In this document: positions 12,973 to 24,600 of the stretch, one piece after another | How the letters are laid out: the number at the start of each line of letters is the position of its first letter | How positions within the stretch are numbered: the first letter of the stretch is position 1 | NCBI GenBank assembly: GCA_964276515.1 | Contig: OZ193909.1 | Span: 21,018,001-21,082,000, forward strand | Origin: Gordius albopunctatus | Lineage: Eukaryota | Length of the DNA: 64,000 bases | Direction of reading: 5' to 3' | Made by a program: the position numbers and the translations under genes | Notes under the pieces: model-generated | The model's input: only the letters and a program-made list of their open reading frames with translations | Told to the model about the DNA's origin: nothing | The model's database searches: none

Positions 12973-13875
12973 TGTTGTTATCATTTTCGAGTCACATACT
13001 AAAAAAGATAGGGGGGATGATATACATAATAGTTCAAATTAGTCTCTAATTAAAATTGCCTATAGATGGCATGGCGCTAATTAGAGTATTTTTGTAATTT
13101 AATTGCGGGCACTCCTGAAAGGGGTTGTTATTATCTTCTAAATTGTGTGTTATTGTTTACAAATAATAACACGCTTTGCAATTCATTCTTTAAATTCGCA
13201 ATTTTTGATTGTTCTAATCCATATGGTATCAAATTATTTGTACATTTAATCAACATTTTGTGGCAATATAAAGGTATGGTAAAAATATATGTATCAACTA
13301 TTTTCCTAGATAAATTATTTTGAATTTTTAATCTCTTCAAACAAGATTTGTACATTTAATCAACATTTTGTGGCAATATAAAAGTATGATAAAAATATAT
13401 TTATTAACTATTTTTTTATTTATAATTTTGAAAATTATTATACTTTATATAAATTCATGATTTTTTTCAAGTTATTAAACTTTTGTAATATTAAATTCTT
13501 ATATAAAGGTATCATAAATATATATATTAACTATTTTCTTAGATCAGTTGCAAAAGAAGTGGGAATAATACATCAACCGTTCAATATATTTGTCTTATTT
13601 ACTAAAACATAACATCAATCAATAGTTGATTCATCCTTGTATCTTATTGTTTATAAATAATAAACTGCAGCTGAAGGCGAGTAGCCAGGATTTTCTTAAT
13701 GGGGGGAAAATTTCAAAAAAAATTCCCGTCGCCCCCCCCCCCCCTGATTTACGCATTCGTTTATTACGTCTTAGGATTTTTATCATTAATTTCAAAGAAA
13801 TTGCTGAGACATATATTTTAAATTTTTTTATAGATTCAATAAATTCTAACCTTTATTGTCAAAATTAAAATTTAA

Positions 13876-14226
13876 CCCTTCATTGGTTGGGTTTAAAATG
13901 CTAACATGGATTTGGGGTCATTATAACCCCAAACCTTAAATAGTTATAACTTAGTTGTCTTGTAATATAACATGTCAAAATTTGCAACATTAATATTTCA
14001 ACTCTTATACGTTAATTAATATATTAATTTGGCTATTTAATCAAGTGGTTAAAATTTTAGATCTATATTTAGAACGACTCCCAAAATTTTTCCCCTAATG
14101 ACTATTTTGCCTCATACCCAAAAAAATATATTATATTAAGCTACTGAAAAAATAAAATTGTAATATTCACTAAAAGCATTTTTAAAGGGCTTGTGGTCAT
14201 TATTACCCCACTCGACCTACGAAGTG
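13876..14226. mobile_element. piggyBac-like MITE (degenerate)
   Basis: TTAA on both sides; imperfect TIR CCCTTCATTGGTTGGGT vs CACTTCGTAGGTCGAGT (reverse complement of the right end); subterminal GGTCATTATWACCCCA motif near both ends. Confidence 0.5.
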
Positions 14227-16507
14227 TTAACTGTAGAAAATGAAATATGGAAATAAAAAACCTTCACTTAGCAAATTAATATTTTAATTTGTTACACTGC
14301 ATTATCACAAACTAAGCTTATAATAAATTAAATTATTTATGATACCTAATGATTTCAACCAAAAATCAACTTGTAAATTTAAAAAACATAATATTTTCCT
14401 TTTGGAAGTTACAAGGAAATTTTATTTAGTAATTTTATTGTATATATATAACATCCATAATAAATATAATAATCATTTTTTGATATTAAAATTTAGAACA
14501 GGTCGTAGAATTTTCTTCGCCATCTCCTTTTTTACATAAAGTTTAATCATTTTCAAAAATATAAATAAAAAAATAGTTAATATATATATTTTTATCACAC
14601 TTATATATTGCCACAAAATGTTGATTAAATGTACAAATCTTGTTTGAAGAGATTAAAAATTCAAAATAATTTATCTAGGAAAATAGTTCATATATATATT
14701 TATCATACCTTTATATTGCCAAAAAATGTTGATCAAATGTACAAATCTTGTTTGAAGAGTTTAAAAATTCAAAATAATTTATCTAGAAAAATAGTTAATA
14801 TATATATTTCTATCATACCTTTATATTGCCACAAAATGTTGATTAAATGTACAAATAATTTGATACCATATGGATTAGAACAAAAAAAATGGCGAATTTA
14901 AAGAATGGATTGCAAAGCGTGTTATTATTTGTAAACAATAACAAACAAATTAATGAATGCGATGTTAACGCTCGGGAAGGGAACGTTTAAGAAATGCGTT
15001 TTTACGATTTGTTATTTATTACTTAGAATCGAGAATACATAGCCTAGACCCATGTATTAAATCTAGTGCTTGGACTAGGTTGTCACCGGTGGCAACAAGA
15101 GTGGCGTCATCTAGATACCAGACACAAGGGTGAATTTACAATGTTTGTTAATTTTGTTAATTAGGTGATTTATAGCCAAGCAGAATAAAGGGGGGGGGGG
15201 GGGCTAGGGGGTCGCCCTGTTGGATCCCTTCTACAGATTCAAGGAAGAATTCTCCAAATTTCAAAATCGAAGGACATCCGTAACTTAAAATGATGTAGTT
15301 GGTGTATTGGGGAAATAGCTTGATAAAATCATTAATGAAGGCTGCTCGGCGAATGGTATTGAAAGCATTTTTAAAATCCAGTTTTATAAAGGAGTCACCT
15401 AGAGGGAGGTGTTCCAGGGCTAAGAGTACGGCAAATTAATTTAATTTCAAGTGTTAGTCACCTGGATAAAAACGATTAAGATTTTAAGGATGGCGTCAAA
15501 TCTTTTATATACATATATTATGAAATTTATTAAAATTTTTGTTCCCTTATGTCAAATGAACATCTTTTTGCTTTGTATATTATTGTATAAATCGGTAGCA
15601 AGTCACATTTGACAATTCTTATATATCATTTAACGCCTACATTTTTAATTGGCCGTGGCAAATATAAGGGCTTTGTAAATTTGGTTTAGTGTGCAATTAA
15701 TGAATAGGCCAATGCATACTATATCCCATTGTTAACAAATATCCTTTCAAGCATTAATCATACATAATATAGATAATAAAACCTTGGATATTTTAGTTGC
15801 CTAATTCTTTTTCGAAAAATAATAATTTAGAATATAATTAGTGTCACAAATTATTTACTAAGGTTTATATAATTAAATTCATTAGGGCACTAATGTCGTG
15901 AATGCCTTCTTATTACAATATTAATCATTGATATGGAAAGGCATAAAAAGATATTGATCGATAATGCGCATTGATTGGGATTATAATTTTCTCGAGATTA
16001 TTTATAACTGTTAACAATTTGTTAAGATATATCCAAATTGGGACTACAGTTATGTTAGAATGTATATTAGAAAATTTCTTTTGGGACCATTATTTAAATA
16101 GTTCTAATTTAAAAAATTAAAAGTAAAATGCAAAGCTATGGGCGTTAGCTAAGAATGGAATAAGAGGTGGGAGAGACAATAGTAATTTAGAGAAGGACAA
16201 AATAATAATTTTGGGGAATTTTAGCCATAATTATATTAAATTTTAAAGATTTACTGGATTTAGAGGGGGTCAGCCGCCCCTCCCTGCTACCCACAAATTA
16301 ATTAGCCGCAGAAATCCATGGATCGAAATTGTATTAAACTTAACAATCTCCACGGTGATCTTCTGTATAAAATAGAAAATAGCTTGTGATCGTATGTGAT
16401 TCCGGTGATGGACTTGGATTTTTGTTGGAGAAATTAGCGACCCTCGAGCCCTAGATTATCAATGACCACAACTTGGATTTAAAATAAAGATATTAAGATA
16501 TTTGTAT

Positions 16508-17218
16508 CAAAGACCAGATTGCCCGACCCGGGGCGCTGCCCGAATCTGCCCGGCCCGGCAACTGTCCTAAATTTTTTATTTGGGCGGGCCGGGTGGGCAC
16601 GATGTTAGGATTCGGGCAATTCGGTTGTAATAAAATTTTTAGAAAATGTATTATTTTGTTACTTTTTTATTATATGAAAATGCTAAAAGAGAAACTTGAT
16701 TTCGCCATCCGTCCCTAAACTATTTCTATAATCTTTGCCCGAACCACTCTATTTCCATCAAGTCCCTATCCCTAGCTAATTTCATGTAAAAGATTGAAAT
16801 ATTTAAATTTATGTAGCCCTTCCATTGTTCTTAATTCACATGTGCCGTCTATACTCAATACAAAACCGTCATGCCCAAATTGACACAATTAATAGGTTTT
16901 CCCATCTATTAGGATTAAAATTAAAGCTCAAAAGTTTCATTTGGAAAAATTATGCCACTTTTAAATTATATAAAATTAGATTTTGTCCGAGATAATAAAA
17001 TATTTCGATATTTGTTTTATTTTTAATGCTTATTTTTTTAATAGTGATTGAAAGAATTTGAGCGCAAAATTTCGGGCCTAACAGGCAAATTCAATATTTC
17101 AGGCCGGGAATTTCGGGCAGCTCTAATGTTTCAGGCGGGCCCGGGGGGGGGGGCAATGAGGTTCTAAAATTGAATCATGCCGGGTTGGGCATAAAATTCC
17201 CAACAAATCTGACCTCTG
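16508..17218. mobile_element. hAT-like MITE
   Basis: Imperfect TIRs CAAAGACCAGATT / AATCTGACCTCTG; 8-bp TSD ATTTGTAT / ATTTCTAT; GCCCG-rich subterminal repeats; absent from duplication copy B (~46075). Confidence 0.7.
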
Positions 17219-17705
17219 ATTTCTATTTTCCAACTTTACTTCTCTCATTAGAAGTGATAAGGTGTATGAAGCTTTTCAATATATCCACCAACATGAGTTT
17301 TGGCGGCGAGCCGATGGTATAATAATAACGTCGCCAGGTTACTTGCAGTACTTTCAGAATAAACCAATATATTCCAAAAATTTGTTTTTTTTAATGACTG
17401 CCCAAAGGTTTTATTTATTTTCTTGCTGTATTGGCAGTGAAGAAGAAGATGGAGTTCACTAAAACAGGTTGGCGATAGAAGTCGCGCAAGTCAGAGCCGT
17501 GACGCAGGCCTACAGCAATGTTGAATTCCTCGCTCTTAAAGTGTAAATCAAGGTTTTGGTTTTTAAGAACTTTGAGTCTTTAAAGGTAAGTTATCTTGAG
17601 ATAGGTAGGCTATGACATAAATGGTAATTATATTTAACGCATTTCGTATTATATGTATATTATACCGTATCTGGCGGCAATTTTTAAGTAAGGCAAAAAA
17701 CATAG

Positions 17706-20139
17706 CGTAAGAAAGACAAAATAAAATAATAAAGAATTATGATTAAAGTTAAGGTTACGTTACTATTTACTTTTGCAATTACTAAGAAAGTTATATATAA
17801 ATCCCACTATTATATTCTTACCTTATATTCCTAGCACAATTTATTTCATAAGTCTCGTAGAAAAAATGTCCGCGAAGATGAACGCGAATTCAATATGTTA
17901 TAATATCTAGAATAAAAGAAATTAAATTACACTACGCTCCTTCGAGCGTAACTGCCGTTCCAGCACAGCTGGAACTTGTACCACGGGTATACATATTATA
18001 AAGCGTCGTGAAAGAGGTGAGGGCGTGTTGGTATTACTGCCCTTATCACAAAGCGAGGAGATAGAGAGATGATGTGGGGAAACATGTGACCACAACAGGA
18101 AGACACGCGTATGTATTACTCCGCTTCTAACAAAGCGAGGCGAGAGAGATTAGGGGGGGGGTTGTGTGCATGTGGAAAGACAACTACAACACCATACCTT
18201 TCAAGATAACCTCTTCCGACCCGAGTGTTGACTTCCAAGCACGGTCGTCGGATTTGAGTTTTCTTGATTGCATAAGTTGTCGTACGTATCGAATTGTATT
18301 GAAATTTTACTGAAGCATTTTCTGGTTCGGTCTTCCAATTGGTCTTCTCAATTAGATTTAATCGTTGACCGTAAAAATTGAATCGCACTTCCCCATCGAG
18401 CTTGTTGGGGGAGGGGATTTTTGTCAGTGTATCGGAACGTGGACCCAATTGTTTTCGTTAACATAACCCCAAGTAGCTTCCCATGTTTTTTACCACGAGA
18501 GCGAGACAGAAACATCTTCGCCACTCTAAGTCGTTCCGGCTGCTTCTCCATAAGAGCTGCTAGCCTCTCGACACAAGCGTACGATATTTCCGTTAAATAT
18601 ATGTGACGTCGCTATACCACACATTAGTTATCGGCGCTGACATAGGCACCCGTGACATCATTAAGTGTAAAAAATTGTCATTAGGCGTATCTCGTATAAC
18701 ATGCAACTCCGCCTACCATAATCACCTGGGAGCTATGAACTCCATGACGGTAACCTTGGACCTGACAACGATGGTATTACCTTTCAACATATTCCATGCG
18801 ACGTTTCGGTAACTAACCACAAAATTTAATTAAATCATGCACAAGGGCAAAATTATTTGCCCATCCAGGAAACTCGACCTCATCAAAACTAATTAAAGGT
18901 GATAGGGCATATAGCCAAAAAAAACAGGTCATAACAATCATTAAGCCTCTGAATTAACTAAACGCGTCAGAGACGCCGCACACGTAGGCGCCACACCAGA
19001 AGGTGTACCGACGCTTAGCGTCGCCAATGGTCTCATTAATTTGCTTCTGGGTTAAATGTGCGCTCATGCGATAATTTAATATCGGAAACCTCGTCGTACA
19101 CGTATTGCTCACGTTATGTACCACCGCGTCATCTTGTCCACCCGCCATATTCCGATCATCAAGCAGGTACCGACAGAATTTTCCAGAACTGCAAAAGCGT
19201 CCCACAGCACCGGACTCACATACCCTCGGCGTTCTATTATCGCACTATCAGATACCAGCTGATCAATCAAGGACCATGACGGATAGCGATTGACGGTCAC
19301 ATGCGCGTCAATCATATTCATAAATATAAAATGAATTTCATGCAAAAAAAAAGCAAAAAGCGGAAAAATTTTGAAGGAATAAATCATGCATTATAAAATG
19401 TTTACCTTCGCGAGATTCTATTGGGACTTATGAATCAACTCATTGTATTTATCAAATTAAAAATATTACCATACCCTTATCATCTCAAAAATTACCCCAA
19501 AATTTAAGTTACAATAACAAACAATATAGTTTTGTCTAAATTTGAATTTCTAAATATTACTTTTAAACTTAATCCAAAAATATAAAATCCAAAAAATTAT
19601 CATCTTATAAAACTTTTAAGCCATAAATTATTATTTGAGTATCGTTTGCTTCTGACACTAATGTAAGAAAGGTAAAATAAAGAATAATGTTAAGTTAAGC
19701 TTACTATTTACTTTTAAAATTACTAAGAAAGTTATCTATAAATCCCATTATTATATTCTTACCTTATGTTCCTAGCACAATTTATTTCATAAGTCTCGCA
19801 GAAAAAATCTCCGCGAAGATGAACGCGAATTCAATGTGTTATAATATCTAGAATAAAAGAAATTAAATTACACTACGCTCCTTAGAGCTTAACTGCCTTT
19901 CCAGCACAGCTGGAACTTGTACCACGGGTATACATATCATAAAGCGTCGTGAAAGAGGTGAGGGCGTGTTGGTATTACTGCCCTTATCACAAAGCGAGGA
20001 GATAGGGAGATGATGTGGGAAAACACGTGACCACAACAGGGAGACACGCGTATGTATTACTCCACTTCTAACAAAGCGAGGCGAGAGAGATGAGGGGGGG
20101 GGGTATGTGCATGTCGAAAGACGTTATCCAACTACAACA
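17706..20139 (-). mobile_element. Non-autonomous, internally deleted LTR retrotransposon (Gypsy-like)
   Basis: ~480-bp LTRs 17706-18191 and 19662-20139; 5-bp TSD CATAG; PBS on the minus strand TAGTGTCAGAAG (close to the tRNA-Leu-type TGGTGTCAGAAG); purine tract next to the other LTR; only degenerate gag/protease-like remnants inside; empty site in copy B (~46480). Confidence 0.85.
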
Positions 20140-20884
20140 CATAGCTTTGTTTTAATTTGCCCCTCATTTCTGATGCTTAACACTAATTTTGTTATATTAT
20201 ATATTAAGGGGAATCACATATCTAAACAAAATAAAATAGGTACGCTGGTTAAATCGCATATTGACTCTTATGCATTATATCCATTTATCGTCATATTTCC
20301 GTGATTTTTAACACTGCAAAAAATGACATTTCCTGGCTTTTACCACTTCTTCATTTTATTTACTATTTTTTCCTAATATTTATATCATTTTATATTGAGA
20401 AACTAGGGTTCCACATCAAATATGGTACTGCAAGCTTAGTGTGAGTTTGCCTGTGGGTCTTAAAAGGGGCCGAAATAAAAAAAAATGATAAGTATGACAC
20501 AGATATTGTTCATGAATTCATTAAAAATTGCTAAAAATTCAAATTTGCCTTTAGGCAATTCTCTAAGAAATCTAATACAATGTGAATTATTCAAAGATAA
20601 CAAATTTAAAAACAAGCATTGTCAATTTTCTTATATTAAATTTATTTAAGTTATATTTTCGTTAAATTGTGATTATATACTATAATTAATGATGGTTAGG
20701 TTTGAATCTATCAGCTATTAAATACACTTTATTATACAAACAAGTGTAGGGAAACAAATTACAGTCCTCCCCTCTCACTAAACAAGTATCCTAATTTTTA
20801 TTGTTGCAACAACAGATTTATATATATAGATATATATATATATCACAATCATCACGAACGAATCTTCCATAGATATATTACGTA

Positions 20885-22090
20885 TCATGGGAAGATATGT
20901 TTGTAAACTTTCTTTACTTGTTCACGGTATTTAACATTAAATATAAGGTTGACATAAAATGTCCAACATATGTAAAAAAATTCTTGTATATTGAGAAAGT
21001 GGAAGGCTACGCCTAATTGATCAACATTTATTTTGCGATATAAAAAATCCATCGACATTTGTAGGACAGATATGGGAAGCATCCATATCAAAAATTCCAT
21101 GGTTAAAATAATGAGTGTCACTTTATGCAATTTAATTTCATCTCTTTTGGTCTGTTTGTTGGCATTATTATTCACGACATTTTGGGCACCTGCATCGGCT
21201 ACATTTGATGACCCTCTTGTAACTATTGAATGACCAATTTTTCTATGTTTTCTTTTCCCCATAGTTATCACTTTGCATGTTATGATAAATAGGAAAGGCA
21301 AAATTTTGGTCATTAGTTCGCGAGATATTTGGTAAGCAATCCATAGTCTCCTTTTGTGTAACTCCTTCGGACTATTTATAGTGTAAGTGTAGAAGGTGAT
21401 GTTTAAACTTTCGCCCTCCTCATGTGAACCCATATAGTCCTCACATAGCGTTTGTTTAATGATACGTCTCCATTTAAAGACGGGTAGATACCAAATGAAA
21501 GCGTAGAGCAATGTTGCTACCATAGCTAAACCTACTGTTTTGCCACTGATTAAAGTCTTGTACTTGAAAGGAAAGACCACAGCACACAATTGGCTAGTAA
21601 AATAGAGGACGTAAATCAAAAAGCCCCATGTTATGAAAGTTTTACTAATGATATTATGCACGTAAGCTATGTAAAATGTCCATGCATATCCCTTCCAAAC
21701 ACTAATGTTAGATTGATTTTCCGCTCCGAAGATTTCCATTATTGGAGTTATAATAAGAGTACATGCGTTAAATGTGTTAACGAGGTAAAAGCTCTTCATA
21801 AAAAATTCGTTGTAATTTATGGCTTTCGAATAAGGAATTTTGTTAGAAACACCTCTGATGCCAAACGAGGTTCCAGTTACACTGGATGAAATGGAATTTA
21901 ACTTTGAAGTATTATCATAGGCATGTCTTAGTAATTTAGTGTGATGTCTCATACGAGAAGCTACCGTGATTACATAAGCACCTAGGATGTTACCAATGAC
22001 GCCCGTTATGAGAACAATCATCCCTAAGATTTTGTAAAGAATTGCTATCTCATGAGGCGGTAACAAAGGATTAGCTTTTAAATCGCACAT
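20885..22090 (-). CDS. Intronless divergent class A (peptide-receptor/srw-like) 7TM GPCR, copy A, 401 aa
   Basis: Seven hydrophobic segments; TM1 GN (GVIGNILG), TM3 end xxLCAVVFPFKYK, TM4 WYLP, TM5 LPF, TM6 FLIWMLP, helix 8 FNVKYRE. Confidence 0.85.
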   Translation of the reverse strand: MCDLKANPLLPPHEIAILYKILGMIVLITGVIGNILGAYVITVASRMRHHTKLLRHAYDNTSKLNSISSSVTGTSFGIRGVSNKIPYSKAINYNEFFMKSFYLVNTFNACTLIITPIMEIFGAENQSNISVWKGYAWTFYIAYVHNIISKTFITWGFLIYVLYFTSQLCAVVFPFKYKTLISGKTVGLAMVATLLYAFIWYLPVFKWRRIIKQTLCEDYMGSHEEGESLNITFYTYTINSPKELHKRRLWIAYQISRELMTKILPFLFIITCKVITMGKRKHRKIGHSIVTRGSSNVADAGAQNVVNNNANKQTKRDEIKLHKVTLIILTMEFLIWMLPISVLQMSMDFLYRKINVDQLGVAFHFLNIQEFFYICWTFYVNLIFNVKYREQVKKVYKHIFP

Positions 22091-22733
22091 TTGTGTTAAG
22101 AATAATATATATGGTAAGAACTAACGATTAATGAGTACCTTTAAAGACTAAGCGCCTTTTTGGATTTTTTGCTTGGTAATATTTGGGTCGAAAGGTGCTT
22201 AATCTTGAAAATTAATTGGAGATAAAAATCAATAATTGCATCCATTAAAGATCCCTTAACAATGAACCCCAGGATGAAAGGCCATTTCTTTTAATTGCTT
22301 TATGCTTTTCAATGAAAATTTTAACTAATAACTGGAACAAATCCAATATTACATTATCTTTCACAAAATCATAAATTAAAACGATAATTATGATTTTAAT
22401 TGATAATATTTATAAATTGGGTAATAGAAAGTCATATTTTAACGGCGACGTCTATAAATGGGAGAAATATTCACTTTCTTATTCCAATATAAACCCTAAT
22501 CTCTATAATTACCAGATTTGGGTGATTCATAAAATAACCACGTATAACTACTATAGCCTTTGTTAAGTGTTTATATTGAAATATAGATTGAATATTATTT
22601 TAGCAACCCAGTGTCGTAGCAGGTGATTAGCAAAGGTTGTTATTTCCACATTTAAGTTGGGAATTTTTGAAAAATTTGGAATAAACTTTGGTCATCATAA
22701 TGGAGACCAAAGTATTTAACATTCCACAGATTC

Positions 22734-22901
22734 CATGGGCGTAGCTGGCATTGAAATTAGAGGGAGGCAATATTGATTTAGGGAGGAGCAAAGTGATCAT
22801 TTTTTGAAATTTTTGCCCCATATTTTTGATAAATTTAACTAAGTTTTGAATTTAGAGGGAGGCAGCCGCCCCTCTCTACCCCCCTCTTGGCTACGCCAAT
22901 G
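22734..22901. mobile_element. Short hAT-like MITE (CATGGGCGTAGC family)
   Basis: TIR CATGGGCGTAGC / GCTACGCCAATG; imperfect 8-bp TSD ACAGATTC / GCAAATTC; related copies at ~16137, ~45800, ~52913, ~53623, ~54070, ~62069 and 63342. Confidence 0.7.
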
Positions 22902-23126
22902 GCAAATTCATTAAATATTTACAGATTAGTTAGTTCCAACACTTCTCTAATTTTAAGCGAAGCGATGTCAAGTTAATTTAATGGACAGTTTCAGGAATAT
23001 GTTTATAGGTTATGAGGCAAGTGATTATATATATTTTAGATTTTAAGTTTGTAACATATTTTTTATTTTAAAAATATTAAAGATGCCATTTGCTCTAAAA
23101 TTACATTCTGGTAACTTTATTAAGTA

Positions 23127-24317
23127 CTAGATAAGCCCGGCAAACGTTGTTTTGCCATATACATTATGTCTGACAGATTAACTAACTTACTCTAGTGTGT
23201 GGGGATATTTTTTGCAGAAGATTTATCTAAATTGTAGTTTTGTTTTACAATCGATGGAAAGTAAACGTAAATAACTAATTGCGAGTAAAGAGTTTGTCGG
23301 GGAATGCAGGGGAGAGAAAACTTTTTATTTATTGTTTCCAGGGGGGTTGTTGATCTATCGGTTATATTTTATTAGCCACTCTTAAATAATACTTTTTTAT
23401 CATTCGCATCACTTTGTTATATATGGAAAAATTAAGACAGAATTTCGATGGATAAATTTTAGCTTTAGCGCCATCTGTATATACTATAAAAAATTTTAAA
23501 AATATTTCAAAAAAAGTAAAAAATTTAAATAAGAAAATTTAAAACTACCAAAAATTTTCTTTTAAACTCAACTAATAAAACTGGCAACAAAATTAATGAG
23601 CTGCCATTATTATCAAATGGCCATAGAAGCATATAATTTATTTAGGGATACCACCTTGAAAAAGTTATGTAATAACAATGTACATTATAAGAACGTATTA
23701 TATAAAGAAATACAAATGTCACAAGTATGAGGGCGATGTGGGATCAAATAAGTCAGAAAAATTATCATAAATAAATTGGTTTGTCTTATTATATATACAT
23801 TAAAAATAGTGGGTTCATAAAATCCATGACGTGATAAAATTCGTGTCCCATTTTAATATATAAAATGTATAAGTCTAATATTTATTTTTAATAATATTAA
23901 ATTAATCCTATAAATAAGTAATACATATTTCTACTTATATTCTAACTTTCCCCACGTCATTATTGTATATGATGCTATAAACGAAACTGGCCGGGAAATG
24001 TCCGATATTTTCAAAACTAAAAGGAATTTTAGGATTCTGAAAAAGCTATTTTACCCCTGGCCGTCCTGGGCATCTACGGCTAAATTTCCGCGCGAATCGG
24101 GTCCGTAGTTTTAGAATTAAGCCATTTTTTAAAACTAAAAGGCCCATATTTTTAAAACTAAAAGGAATTTTAGGATTCTGAAAAAGCTATTTTACCCCTG
24201 GCCGCCTTGGGCATCTACGGTTAAATTTTCGCGCGAATCGGGCTGGTAGTTTCAGAATTTAGCCCTTACATACATACATACACACATACATACATAGACT
24301 TTATTTATATATATAGA
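23127..24317 (-). mobile_element. Non-autonomous Helitron
   Basis: On the minus strand: inserted between A and T; 5' TC followed by a (TATG)n microsatellite; 3' hairpin GGCAAAACAACGTTTGCC then CTAG; internal ~140-bp tandem duplication (~24005-24260). Confidence 0.8.
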
Positions 24318-24558
24318 TTATCATATATTATTAATAAATAATCAAGCCTTAGTTATTTAATAGTTAGTATTTTTCAAGGTAATTAAAAAAAATTATCAAA
24401 ATAGTTGGTAATTTTACTTCAAGGTAATGAAAAAAATTAATTAACAAATTTCTTAGTATTTTAACTTTGAGTTAATATAAATTTAATTATAAAATAATGA
24501 ATTAATAAAAACACCATACAACCTTGAAGCTAAGTAAAATAGAAGGCCATTAGACTAC

Positions 24559-24566
24559 TATAAATA
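24559..24566 (+). promoter_or_regulatory. Putative TATA box of the Gly-rich peptide gene
   Basis: TATAAATA about 40 bp upstream of the ATG at 24601; weak evidence given the AT-rich background. Confidence 0.4.
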
Positions 24567-24600
24567 ATCAAGACTATACCACCTTTTATTTAATAACAAT

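Larger units (their letters stand above)
12302..13144 (+). mobile_element. Hammerhead-containing tandem repeat (retrozyme or Penelope-like pLTR array) with 5' inversion
   Basis: Two units about 373 bp apart (~12380-12752, ~12753-13140). The first ~85 bp (12300-12385) are the reverse complement of 12708-12793. Flanked by a GTGTGTTATT duplication (12292-12301, 13145-13154). No ORF. Confidence 0.75.
12195..15050. mobile_element. Non-autonomous Mutator/Foldback-like element with long modular TIRs
   Basis: Ends GGCCTAGGCTATG... / ...CATAGCCTAGACC; left arm 12195-12301 plus 13145-~13420 mirrors the right arm ~14560-15050; arms contain ~109-bp tandem subrepeats; 9-bp TSD CATGTATAA / CATGTATTA. Confidence 0.8.
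15680..22668 (+). repeat. Segmental duplication copy A (GPCR locus), paralogous to ~45335-49062
   Basis: Colinear similarity from GTTTAGTGT(G/A)CAATTAATGAATAGGCC to TTAAGTTGGGAATTTTT; copy A carries extra insertions at 16508-17218 and 17706-20139. Confidence 0.9.

Noticed and set aside
13131..14901. Paired ORFs MYKSCLKRLK... on opposite strands
   Set aside because: Products of the Foldback inverted arms and their subrepeats; no protein features.
21033..21889. Plus-strand ORFs overlapping the GPCRs (also 47408-48264)
   Set aside because: Antisense frames conserved only because of the duplication.
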